A stretch of DNA of 64,000 nucleotides. Origin: Callorhinchus milii (lineage: Eukaryota). The notes under the pieces were generated by a model. That model had not been told where the DNA came from. It did no database searches and worked only from the letters and a program-made list of their open reading frames with translations. Positions within the stretch are counted from its first letter, which is position 1, and each line of letters begins with the position of its first letter. The DNA lies in NCBI RefSeq assembly GCF_018977255.1, contig NW_024704742.1:21082001-21146000 (forward strand), in the 5' to 3' direction. The position numbers and the translations under genes are program-made. This document shows positions 35,516-47,905 of the stretch, in pieces.

Positions 35516-36799
35516 CTGGGGAAATAAGAGACGAGAAGAAAAGCTTGACACAGACAAAGAAAGGAAAGGGTTTGTTGGCAGAGGAACACCATAATCCAGG
35601 CAGTTTTCAATTATTTGCTAAAGCTTCTTTTCTGTCTGATCGCCTGTCTCTGGCTCTGTCTCCCACGTCAATTGCTGAGCGAACAGTAAAAAAATTGACA
35701 ACGATTTTTATTCATTTCTTGTCTGCAAGATCCATTTGCCAAGATCATTTTTTTTTAAAAAAGTGTGAGCCTCCCAAATTTTGTGCATTGTCTTCTGTGT
35801 CTGCAAAAAAGGTCTGCCAAAGGGAACTGATTCCTTTTCCATTTGTTGCTCTTGCTGCTGTTCTCATAATAAAACACATTTAAACGTCATTAACTGCACC
35901 TCGGCCTGAATACTGAGAGTGCTATAAAAATGATAAGCTTTTGAGGAGAGAGAAAAAAAGACATTAAATTGAATGAAGGTTTGCGTTCAGGATTATAATT
36001 CTATTGTAACCAGGCAGAAAGTCACTTGGACATCCAATTAATAGACTGTCTTGTTCCTTTGTCTCCTCAATAAATCATTATCTCCCTCCATGCATTAAAA
36101 AAGGGCCACTGGTAACCTTGTCGAAGAGTTCGCCATTCCATCAATCTATCTCCTGAATTTCCATGTGTAGGTGGCAGGTTTTCGCATCTGTCAGACACCC
36201 GGCTGACCAAAAAGAAATCGAAGAGTTCTGGTCCAGACTCAGGTGTGTTTTGGTCCAGCACGTTAGGATATCTTCCCAACTTGAAAAGGTGCTATACAAA
36301 TGTAATTTGTTGCTATTAGTCTGGAACCTCTCCACTGCCATCATTGCAAGCAAAAGGCTAGTGCACGTTTGTGCTATGGGGGTGGGGGGTTATGTCTGTT
36401 ACAGTCCAAACGTTTTGAATCATGCAAAAGAAAAAAATTATGTTAGATGTTGTCATTCTTAATGCAAACGTGGCGATCAGCAAATGGATCTGCCACACAG
36501 GGTAAACAGTGTGGTTTTCGCGGATTGGAAGTTGTTGTGCTGATTGTGGCATTGGCTGTCAAATTTAATGAATTATCCCGCTGACCGTAAAAGGTAATTT
36601 TTTTGAGGTCAGAATTTTGCTGACCGACCTTGCATCGAATTTTTCAGGATTTCTCTCAGTTGAAAAACAGTCCAAAAGTGAATTGCTGGCTCCAACACCT
36701 GCAAAGCAGCCTTCAATGGTGTTCGGAAGTCACAATGGTTTTATTATTTGATATTTATCATTATTATTAATAATATTTAATATTATTTGTGTATTTATT

Positions 36800-37010
36800 A
36801 TTATTTCGCAGATTTTACTGTGTATTTGGAGGCAAGCAAGGCAGCTAATTTGCAGACAGCAATGTCCCACATTCCCAAATGAATGACTAATTATATCCAA
36901 GGGTTTGTTGACCAGGACTCCAGGAGAAACTCCCCTCTCTTTTTGAATAATTTCCATCTAAATAAGCAGACAGAACCTTGGTTTGACATTGCATCCAACA
37001 GACAATAAGG
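36800..37010 (-). mobile_element. Deu-like SINE fragment
   Basis: ...gacagcaatgtcccac...gaccaggactccaggagaaactcccc... Confidence 0.7.
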
Positions 37011-37772
37011 CTCATGACATTTCACAACTTTTATGTTACTCCTCATGAAGCACAAAAATATAAAATCCTTGGACTTTCAAAACCTTCATATATCCATTTA
37101 AGCACGTTATTAGAAACAAAAAAACACAAATTACACTTTAACAAAATGCCCCACGATAAATCTTTTGAGACGAGACAAATCACCTTCTCTTGAGTGGGCA
37201 TATTATCATCAGTAGATAGTTACAGTTTCTGCTGCTGCTTCTACTAAAATTGACAGTCTACCTATGAGAAACGTGTTGTCACTAGTGTTCAGGTGCTTTA
37301 TACTTGAAAGGTGTAATACCGCTGGTAGTATATGGTCAGGCTGAAGCTTTTATAAAGCTGTGTAAAGCTCCTCAGAGGGAGATCTACAGCACAATAGATG
37401 CTTTGTATGGGGAGCTGAAGGTGGCACTTCTTCTGTATGGTTCACTAGTGGGCGGAAGGCTGAACCATTCCCAGGCTTTTGGCTCTGCTTTTGTGAACTC
37501 GACCACTGGGAATTGTTCATGAGCAGCCACAATTGATTTACTTTTCAATTCCTCGCTGTCCCCATGAGGGAAGTGTCTAGCGTATTCTCTGCACCATACT
37601 CAGAGGCTCTGACGATCACATCAGCCTGGCACTAAGAGGACTTTAAGGAAGTTCTAATGGGCACAGTCAGTGAACTGTGACGAGACTGAGTTGTTGCTCT
37701 TGGACGAAACTGCTTCTGTAACTGCAGCGTGAGGGACTGCCGCTGGGAGTTTTGTAATTGTTCTAATTGTGA

Positions 37773-37888
37773 CAAACGTTGACTCACTTATCTTTCTCCA
37801 TAGATGCTGCCTGACCTGCTGAGTTTTCCCAGCTCTCTCTGTTTTTGCTTCAGATTTCCAGCACCTGCAGTATTTTGTGTTTTGATTA
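37773..37888 (+). mobile_element. Penelope-like terminal fragment
   Basis: aaacgttgactc...gatgctgcctgacctgctgagt...tttccagcacctgcagtattttgtgttttg, matching 11543-11620 and 50735-50817. Confidence 0.8.
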
Positions 37889-38669
37889 ATTTCCGAAGTA
37901 CAGTGTCAATGTGTTGTGACAATGGTACCACCTTTCTTCCACAACTTCTTCCTTATAGTTTTAGAAACATTGGAAAACAGAAAGACGAGGTCGTTCAGCC
38001 CATCCAGCCTGTTTCATCAGTTTATTATAATAATACTACTAATAATTATTTATTAGATCTTGGTCGATATTTTAGTCCCAATTTCCTGCCATTCTCATAA
38101 TATCCCTTTGTATCTCCAAACCAAGCATCTGTCTCTGCCTCTCTGTATAGGACTTCTTTATACTTCTCAAAAGATTGACCAAAACCTAACAATGAAATGG
38201 GAAAAATATTTCTCACACCATTTGAATCATTGTCAACACTGTTTTTTTCTAAACACCAGAGATACTAGAGGATTGGTAGAGAACTTGTGGTTAAAAACAT
38301 GTCCTTATGACCTCTCCTTAATGGTGGCTTTCAAATTGAATACACGCATATGACATTGAGAGAAGTTCTTCCTCTAGCCATTACAGAATGGGAATGCTGC
38401 CATCTTTCTTTCTAATATAGTGAAGACNTTTTTTTTATTCCACCTGCATGGCAGAATGTTATAATTTATTTTTAAAATACTTTTTTTTAGATGACTTCCT
38501 AGTGAAGAAGCAAGAAATCTGCCCTCTGTTTGTCAGCCTGAGTGTCAATCCAGACAAAGGGTGCAAACCTCACTGCCGGTTTGTGGGATCCGGGTTTATT
38601 TAATTTCTTGTTTACTATAAAACCCAGTATCGTGCTAAATGACCATCAAAGACTGCATAACTGTGTGTC

Positions 38670-39085
38670 ATCCTAGCTCAGTTGGTAGCATTTTCATCTC
38701 AACGTCAGAGCGTGCAGATTAAAGACCAAACATGGGGCATTGAACTCATAGGCTGACAATCCAGTACACTACTGGAGGAGTGCTGCATTGTCAAAGGTGC
38801 TATCTTTAAGATAGACATTAAACTGAGGTGTAGTCAGCCTAATCAGGTGGACTTTAAAGATCTCATGGCACCATTCAAAAAGAAAAGGGGTTTCCCTTGG
38901 TGTCCTGACCAACAATTCCCCAAATTAAAAAGTAGATATTCAGTTTGTTATGCGCGAATTGGTTGCCAGTATTTCCTACAAAGTACACAGTCCTTACACT
39001 TTGCAGTGTATCTTGTAAGTGTAAATACATCTTTGGGATATGAAAGGTGCTATAATATATAAAATATAAAGATTATTATTGTATT
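38670..39085 (+). mobile_element. Deu-like SINE
   Basis: Head gctcagttggtagc, core caggtggactttaaagatctcatggcac, and tail. Confidence 0.78.
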
Positions 39086-40679
39086 ATATTATCGGTGAGT
39101 CAAACTCCATCCCCATGGACTTATACTTGTGCATGTCACCATTGAGAAAGATTTTCAGAGGGGTCTACCACTCAGCTATTCATTGCTATCAATGTCATAA
39201 TTGTCAAATGGACCACAAATCTGCCTTCATTATTAGTCCATCTGGCTCAGTGTAGCAGGAAAATATTTCACATGTTGTCCCACTGCCTGCAGTAATGCCA
39301 TTGGTCCTATATCACACGGCAATACACGAGACAGGCAGAACAGAAAGATTCTGACATCAAAAGAACTAAACCTTTCAAAGACCTGTCACAAGAATTGAGT
39401 CTTCCACCACAAATTTTCTTTTCTGTGATGTTACTCACTATTATTCAGTGACATTGATATTTTTGAAACACTACCCTTCTCTCTTCTCAGCTGTCTCCAC
39501 ACCTCAACTTGTCTGTCCCGAATACATTGCACAGGAAAGCTCCTCCATCTGGCAGTTAACACTAGTGGTGAAGCCACCATCTCAATACCATACATTGCAA
39601 AGCTCTATAAGTATGAGGAAAGTGTAATAAATATTCAGAGGGGCCTGTAATCCAATCTTTGCATTTTATGTGATGTTCAGAAGGTGCACAAGCTTCATTA
39701 ATATGATCCATGACAACACCTGACCTGCCTCAATCAGATTACTGGCTCAGAATCCCCCACCAGCTATTTATTATTCTCTGTATAATATATGATGAGAATC
39801 ATAGGGGCTCCGGTGATCATGAAGATACGAAAAAAAATAAAGTAAGGATCTTTGTCAATGTCATTTTCAGGCCATTTACCTGGCACCTTCAGATATCTGC
39901 CATTTATTGCCATTGTATTTGCAAAGGATTATTCAGATATTTCTCGCTGTTTAGCTGAGATTAACTAACTATATAAACCATTTTATTCAGTATGCTTTTA
40001 TTTCAATATTTTCCAGGTGTTTGGTTAAGAAGGTGTTTGTGTGAGATGAGGTACACCAGTGTTGACTAATTGACTACCCACACTAACAAATGGTGGACTT
40101 CCAGTTATATATAGGAATATAATTTCCTGCACGTTACATGCTGCACACAGGAAGTGTTGCAGATATTACTATGTACAGGAACTGCAGCAACATTTGTTAT
40201 GCTTAGGGGTCATAGAGCATGTCTGCAGTACGCAGGAAGTGACATTGGGCAACCTGATGATTCATAGTTGGCCAGTTTTACACTCTTTACTAGAATGTGG
40301 GCTCTGAGATGTTGGACCAATGCAATAAAACAACAATGTCACAATTTTAATCTGCCAACGTACATCAATATCTACTATGACATATTTGATTAAGGGGGAA
40401 GAAATCATAACATGGGATAAAACGTGTGTTGCTAAAGGTGAAAAGTAGATTATATATACATATATGTATATATATATATAGATAAAAAAAAGTATACAAA
40501 CTAAGCCAGGCTGATACCTAAGTTAAACCGCAGGTGGCCTGGATCTACAATTGTAGTCTATTAATTTCATCAACAAGCAAAAGAGTGGCCCAGCCAAGCT
40601 ATCAGCAGAACTGCCTCATTTGCAATTCAAAATTAAAATATATATATTTTTGATAAAAATAATCTTTGGACTAAAAATT

Positions 40680-41172
40680 AACATCTCAAAGTGCTTCACA
40701 GATAATTGCTTCAAGTTTAGCAACTGAATTTGAGGGCAAATACAGAAGCCAATTTGCATACAATAATATCCCATGAAGCGAATGATAATAATAATAATTA
40801 GAATCCTTGCATTTGATATAGCACCTTATTTATTATCTGCAGGATTGTTGGCCAGGACCCTGGGAGAAACTCCTTTCTCTTTTCAAATACTGTCATAGTG
40901 ATCTTTAACGTGTGCCTAAACAGGCAGTCAGTACCTCAGCTTAATGTCCTATCTGAAGGTCAGCATCTCCTGACAATGTAGTGCTCCTGCAACAACAACA
41001 ACAACAACAAGATTCCATTTATAGAGCGCCTTTCACGTCAGGAGGACGTCCCAGGACGACCTTTAGCAACACACGTTTTATCCCATGTTATGATTACTGC
41101 AGTAATGCTCTGGAGTATGAGCTTGGATTGTGAGCTCAATGACCTGACAAGGGGTCTTGAACTTGCAACCTT
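40680..41172 (-). mobile_element. Deu-like SINE with nested short insertions
   Basis: Reverse-complement core and head; L2 tail inserted at 40992-41096. Confidence 0.72.
40992..41096 (-). mobile_element. L2 tail-only insertion with a 37-bp locally templated 5' addition
   Basis: (CAA)n and stem-loop, then the exact reverse complement of 40403-40439; CTGCA duplicated at 40987-40991 and 41097-41101. Confidence 0.85.
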
Positions 41173-42296
41173 ATTTTAATTGAGAAAGTATTGGTAGTAG
41201 AATAGCAATGTTTGATAAAGTTAAAGTGTGGTGGTATGCCATAAGACAGATAATGTGTACTGTCAGATGGTGTGAAACATATAGGTAGGAATATAGAAAT
41301 CAGTGGGACAGTAAAGACTAATTAGGTACATTTAGTCCCAAAGTAAAAAGGAATATATAATACTCTATCTTTAATACCCCTTAATTCGTTTCAAATTCCG
41401 TCTTGAATTCAATGACACAATCTGTCTCCTCCATCCCGCTAAGTAGACCAGCCCACATATTCATTCTCTCCATGCAAAATAGTTTCTATCTTCCATCCTC
41501 TGAATTTGAGTTGGTGAAAGGATTCATACAATATTAAGAGCCTGTTGAACTTGCTGAGTTACAGTACGCTGTTCCCAGAGCTCCTTACCCTTTCGCCCTT
41601 AGCAACACAGTTCACACCAACATTATTTAAATATTCATACACCTTTGGAATAGGTGCAGCCCCAGTGCAGGATAAATGAAGTGGATGAAGGTAGTACTGA
41701 GATGATTTATTTGCATGTCTCCTGTTGAAGTCAGTGGGGTGTAATTAGATGCATATTACTACACATCTAATTTGCTGAGACGGCATTCATAATTAAACAC
41801 TTAGAAGCTGAGTAGCTGTAATGTGGAGAATTTTTAAATGCTGTGCAAAGGTCAATTACAAACCTCATTTTGCCTCAGTTAGAAATTTTCCTCAAACATG
41901 CTAGTAGTAAGTTAATTAACAGCATTTTCCACCTATCTTTTACACAAAATGTTTCTTCCAAATCCCTTCTGTACACCTCTATTTATTTGACAGGATGTCA
42001 CTGTTTATTTTTCAATTGTCATTCACAAGCCAGGTCACGTTCCAGAGTTTGAGTTTGTTTCCATGAACTTTTCACATAGAATCAGCACAGACCTTACAGT
42101 GGATTTAATAGGAGAGGTAAGAGATGCTCTACAGGGACAGGCTGCTGCTGTACCCAATGTAGTGTAACTACAGCTTGGGCAAAAATACTTCTGAAGCCTT
42201 AAATTGTCGAGAGGCAATCTATTGAACTGGACTTCTCAGTTTAGTAACTTTATGGGAGAAATTCCACTCTGGTCTAAATTTAATGAATTAGCAATT

Positions 42297-42431
42297 CAGA
42301 GCGGCCAGAAATTGGCACATTTTTAAATTCAGGCTTAAGCTGGTTTTCTGTAGTTTTTGAAAGAAACTTACAGAAAAACAGCGTTTATATTAAGTCTGTG
42401 ATAGAGAGTTTGCCAAATCCTGGACACTCTG
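42297..42431. repeat. Palindromic MITE-like element
   Basis: Termini CAGAGCGGCCAGAAATTGGCA / TGCCAAATCCTGGACACTCTG (17/21 complementary); inner arms also pair. Confidence 0.7.
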
Positions 42432-42629
42432 ATAGATAAAGGAAATCTGGATTCAGAGGAATAGTTCTCCATCTGTTTTAATATCCTTACCTTCAACAGC
42501 ATATGATTCACCCTTAAGAGCTCAAAACTGCAAGATTTCTACCAGGATTATTTAATGAAGAATCCCATTAGAAATCTTGATGATTCTCACTAAGTCCATT
42601 CTGGAAGTAGATCATTTTAGAGTAGTTTC

Positions 42630-42960
42630 CTGTGGGTCAGGGTGAAGTGATTTACCATTTACCAGACAGTTGCTATATGCACAAATTGGATCCCTTATTA
42701 ATTGATCTGATTTGTAGAGTATTCTTATGCCGTTTACGATCTGCTCCAAGCATTCTCTTCTTTTGTAGAACATTCCCAGCTTCTGCAGCCATTACAAAGC
42801 ATTCCGTAGCCTGATAGAAAGCCTCTTCTGTATTCAGGGGTTTAACTCCAGCTATCAATCTGGTTGCCCTTTGCTGTATCCCATTCAATGTCAAAATTTC
42901 CTTACTCAATCAAGGCAAGAATAACTGTACACAGTAATCCAGATGGTGTGGATTTGTTTA
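42630..42960 (-). mobile_element. Very old CR1 RT C-terminal fragment
   Basis: KEILTLNGIQQRATRLIAGVKPL resembles the CR1 LE.VQRRATRLIPG motif. Confidence 0.55.
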
Positions 42961-45642
42961 TTTGCATCTATTCGGAGCATTTGACTTGGAGCTAGATTCT
43001 GATAGAAAGCTGAATTTTCCCTCCAATACACACACTCTACTGTAACTGAATACTGAGTATTGTATTTTGGCTCCAAATATGTTTCCACAACAGTTTTGTA
43101 GTCTACACTGCCTTCCCTTTGTGCCTAGGTGACTATGGAGCTAAAATGGAGCTAAAAATATTATATTTGCAAACGAGAAGCCATAATCGCAGCTGGCATT
43201 TCACTTTCAGGCAGTTTTTCAGACAAAATAAAGGTTTAACTGTTTGGAATTAGGTCAACTGGATGTGTCCCTCTGAGAAAAGAGAGTGTTCATTCCATTC
43301 CAAACATGGAAATGTCCACGCATAGGTGGTATACATACATGGAACTCTCAATCTGGTATGCATACTCTAAAGCATGATTCTGGGGTTCCACATGTGTCAG
43401 ACACCCATTTAACCCCCTAACAAGAGGAGACGGATAAATACATCCAAAGTTCAGAAAAGAAAGTCAGCCGCAGACCAGCCATGGAAACCTATGAGTTGCA
43501 AGTTGAATGTGTGACCCTGGCTGCATGGATGTCAGCAACTGAGAGTGATGTTCAGAGTTATGTCAATACTTCAGAAATTAGCAACTTTTAAATATACTCC
43601 AGGTCCCAATGATGAGTAAGAATTGTAATTGAGGCAGGAGGTTTTGTAGAACCTTAAAATCAAACTGGCAATTTAACAAAGGAAGTCAATGCTGGTGGGG
43701 GAAGATTTGAGATTTACAGGCATCTAATTTATAGTATTTCTGAATGGGAATTCTTAATAAACAATCCAAATGGGAACTCATTCTAGTATTGGAAACATGC
43801 CACAGAAACTCCAGTCCAGTGAGATGACCATCCAGAGCAGAATGTTCACCGGTTGACAAGAACTTGGCTGAATGCAAATTGGCTGCTCTGTTCACCTATA
43901 TGTAACACTTTACCTAAAAACAACTTAGCCTTTGAAGAGGGCATGCAAAACTCAGCTTATTGCATTGGTTAGTTTCAATTTGAATATCTAATTAGACCAA
44001 AATAAGATATCTGTTTGGTTCTGATTATTTGGACAGATATTCTAGTCGGAACGACACATTCAGTGGTAGGCTAAAGTTTCTCAAGTTAAAAAGATGTTCA
44101 CCTCTCTCAGTTTCTACCTCATGCTGTGATTCTACTGCACATTTGACAGTTTATCACTGGTTCTACCACCAAATCTGCAGTAGAAACAACATCAATCTGC
44201 CTTTCTGCTTCACATCGCTCAGCTGCTAGGAGCAAAGTTGGTTCACGCCCAACACATACACCCAGCATCAGGTCTCTAAACACATCTCAATTTCTTAAGT
44301 AATTGGCTTCAGCACTGTGTCAGACGTAACCTCAGATCATTTGCACTGATGTTACAGATGTCAAAAAAGAGACTTAGTCAAAACAAACATCAAAGCCCTT
44401 ATCAGAGTTTCACTGAAACCCAAAGTTGAATATCTGAAACCAAGAGTCTCAATGATGATATTGTGTAGAGAATAACTCTTTTTTTAAGCAAGGAAATCTA
44501 CCGGATAATTAATGAAGCAATGTTAAAACCTATTTTTTAACTAAAACTAGGTCCCTATTAAAATGAATTGAATATCTAAGTGGATCAAAACCAGATATCA
44601 ATATCACCCTGTTTGGTTCTGTCTATTAAAATTAAATACATTTTAAAGCAATTAAAATGAATTGATTTTAAGGTGTGTGTTTTGTAGGTTCAAATATTTC
44701 AACATGATTCACTTTTACACAAATCCGTATCTAATCCCAGGCAACGGTTAACAGTCCAGCTGCTCTCTACCTCAGTGAAGATATACAACAATCTGTAACC
44801 CTGTGCAATATTGACAAATAAGAGCAAATCAATTGTCAGAAGTTGAACCCTCTCACTCCTCACTGCTTCAAGCCCCAGTTAGTTAGGCAATGACGTATCG
44901 GGAAAAGATCTGTGTGCAAAGCAATGTGCTGTGCATACTCATCAAATCGATTCATAAAAGGCTCATGAGAGTAAACTGATAACATTTACAATCATTGATA
45001 TTGTGCCTCATCACATCATCAAAACATGTTGCCACATTTAGTGTAAGGTGTAGTAATTGCTTGTTTCAGGACAAATGCGGCAGCCAATTTGCACACAGCC
45101 ATGAAGTGAACGATTATTTTTATCTGGAGGATTGTTGACCAGGACACATGGGAGAAACTCCTTGCACTTGGCAATCCCAAATTGAACCAGAAAGAACCAC
45201 AAATGTTCATTCTACTATTGTGAAATATCCTTCCTAATGCTCTTCATGAAGGGAGCTCCCAATATTCCTAAACTTCTCTAAATTGCATTTAGTGGGCTCT
45301 GGAATCCAGAGGAAAAGAAACTTTACAACTGAAAAGAGAAATTAACTTCAAAATGTCAAAACAGAAAGGTAACAAAGGTGAACAAGAAACACCAAAGTTA
45401 CATTTCCAAATATCTACAGTTTGTCCTTCTCAGCCAGACATTTATATACCTCAGTTGTCAGTGTAGATTGAATGCGATATAAAAATTGAGAACACAATTT
45501 GCTGAAAACAGAGCAAATATTTATTGCACACAAATTTTATAAACTTGTCAGAACTAAATAACCTTTGCAACCTACTTCCATCATACACCTCCCTTAACAT
45601 TTGTATTGGTGGTTTTCTTTTACTTTGCTTTCTAACATCCTT

Positions 45643-46759
45643 ACAACAACAACAAAATTACATTTATAGAGCGCCTTTCACATTGGTAGGACGTCCCAAA
45701 GCGCTGAGCAGTCAAGTGTCAGGACCCGAGCATGGGGGAGGGGTGGTGTAGGGGTGAGGGAAGGCAGAGAGGTGGGAGGGTGACGAAAGGCACGATCGAA
45801 GAGAAGGGTCTTGAGATCAGCCTTGAAGAAAGCAAGGGAGGAAATGAGGCGAAGGGACTGTGGGATGGAGTTCCAGAGTGTGGGAGCAAAGAAACTGAAA
45901 GCCCGGCCACTGATTGTAGGGCGGGTCGAGCGGGAGACATGGAGCAGGCCGGAGCCCGCTGAACGGAGGGAGCGGGCAGGTTGATAGGGAGTCAGCAGAT
46001 CAGAGAGGTAGGAGGGGGCAAGGCCAAAAATGGTCTTGAAATTGAGGACGAGGATCTTGAACTCGATCCTCTGGGGGATAGGGAGCCAGTGGAATCAATG
46101 AGGGTGGGAGTGATGGGGTCACTGAGCCTGGCATGCGAGAGTATACGAGCTGCAGAGTTTTGGATGATCTGCAGCTTGTGAAGGGAAGAGTTGGGAAGGC
46201 CGATGAGGAGGGAGTTTCGGTAATCGAGCCTTGATGTGACGAATGCGTGGGTGAGGGTTTCGGCTGCCTGAGGGGTGAGGTAATGGCGGAGTCTGCAATG
46301 TTGCGGAGGTGGTGGTAGGCAGTGCCGGTCATGGCGTGGATGTGGGGGAGAAAGGACAGTTCAGGGTCAAACAAGACACCCAGGTTCCTGACTGGCTTAG
46401 CGAGGTTGAGTGTGCAGACGTGGAGGCTGATGCTGTCAGCGCCCGAGCGAAGGTGCTGGAGTGAGCCAATCAAGAGGGCCTCGGTCTTGCTGACGTTCAG
46501 TTGGAGAAAGTTGTCCCTCGTCCAGGACTTGATGTCGGACAGACAGTCGGTCAGGACGCCAGTAGTCCTGGAGTTGAGAGTGGAGGCAGAGATAGAGTTG
46601 GGTGTCATCCGCATACATGTGAAAATTTACTTCATGTCTGCGGATGATGCCACCAAGTGTAGAGGGTGAAGAGGAGAGGACCAAGGGCAGAGCCCTGAGG
46701 AACACCGCACGAGACGGTGCGGGGGGTGGAGGAGAAGCCGTTTGCTGCGAACATCCTGG
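45643..46759 (-). mobile_element. L2 3' portion (RT C-terminal half to tail)
   Basis: NFHMYADDTQLYL; DIKSWTRDNFLQLNVSKTEALLIG...VRNLGVLFDPELSF; stem-loop and (TTG)n tail. Confidence 0.94.
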
Positions 46760-47010
46760 GGAGTCTTGTAGCTCAGTGTTAGAGCACTCGCCTCGCAATG
46801 AGAGGACCGGGTTCAATTCCCGGGAAAGGTGAAACACCGGGCAAGTTTCTTTACTAGACATGCCTGTGTTTAAGGAACCTAGTTGTTTGTCGATTGGCGG
46901 ATCGCTTTTCCAGTGGTAACAATTCACTTTACAGTATATTCTGTGGAAGTGCTTTGAGATGTCTGGAAGATGTGATAAGGCAATATATCAAATGCAAGAA
47001 TTATTATTAT
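46760..47010 (+). mobile_element. tRNA-Ala-like SINE (long subfamily, internally deleted)
   Basis: Head, CORE-like block and tail. Confidence 0.85.
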
Positions 47011-47099
47011 CAACATTATGGTTGAGATAGGATTGACACAGTGGAATTTGCTTGAATTACTGGCACTTAATGATTGAAAACCAGAACCGTCTGGTATAC

Positions 47100-47905
47100 A
47101 ATCATAGAAATAGCCACAAAGAGGCTATTCAGCCCAACAAACCTAAATCAATTTCAGCTACTTCACTACAGTCTTCAACAACAATTTGCATTTATGTAGT
47201 GCCCCTCACCCGGGGTAGCGTCCCAGAGTGCTTAGTGCTTTCGTACCCTAATCCAAATTCTCTTCTCTTTCCATATAGGCTTTTATATTATTTCTATTCA
47301 AATATATATTCAAGTCCCTTTCACGTACCCTTACAGTATTCAAAAGATCACAAGATACTTCAGCATTAATAGGCTGTTCCTACTTGTTGGGGTGTCTGTA
47401 ATCAGGGTACCCAAGTTTAAAATAGAGACTAGGGGATCTACAAGAAAACTTAGGAGGAAATACTGCAAACAGAGGTAGTGAGATTGTGAAACTCACTGCC
47501 CAACGTGGTGGTTGAATCAGATAATATAGATTATAGCATTTAAGAGAAAATTAGATATACACAACAACAACAACATTACATTTATATACCACCTTTCACA
47601 TCGGGAGGATGTCCCAAGATGCTTGACTATCAGTGTTTCGGATCCAAGCTGGGGGTCGGGATCGGGGAGGATGCAGGTCAGGAACGGTTGAAGAGGAAGG
47701 TCTTGAAGGAGGCAAGGAAGGGGATGAGGGTTAGGAGGTGGCAGAGGTAGTAGAGATAGGGGGAAGCAAGACCATGGAGGGCTTTGAAGGCGAGGACCAG
47801 GATTTTGAGGGAGAAGGATATTGGAGAGAGTAAGGACTCAATTGTATAAACAATTGCATGGACTGGTTGGGCTGAATAGTCTGTTTGTGCTATATATTCT
47901 ATGTA
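47100..47905. mobile_element. CR1 3' fragments (minus 47100-47320; plus 47355-47905) with an L2 fragment nested at 47562-47810
   Basis: CR1 3' UTR motifs; L2 (CAA)n tail at 47562. Confidence 0.65.
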
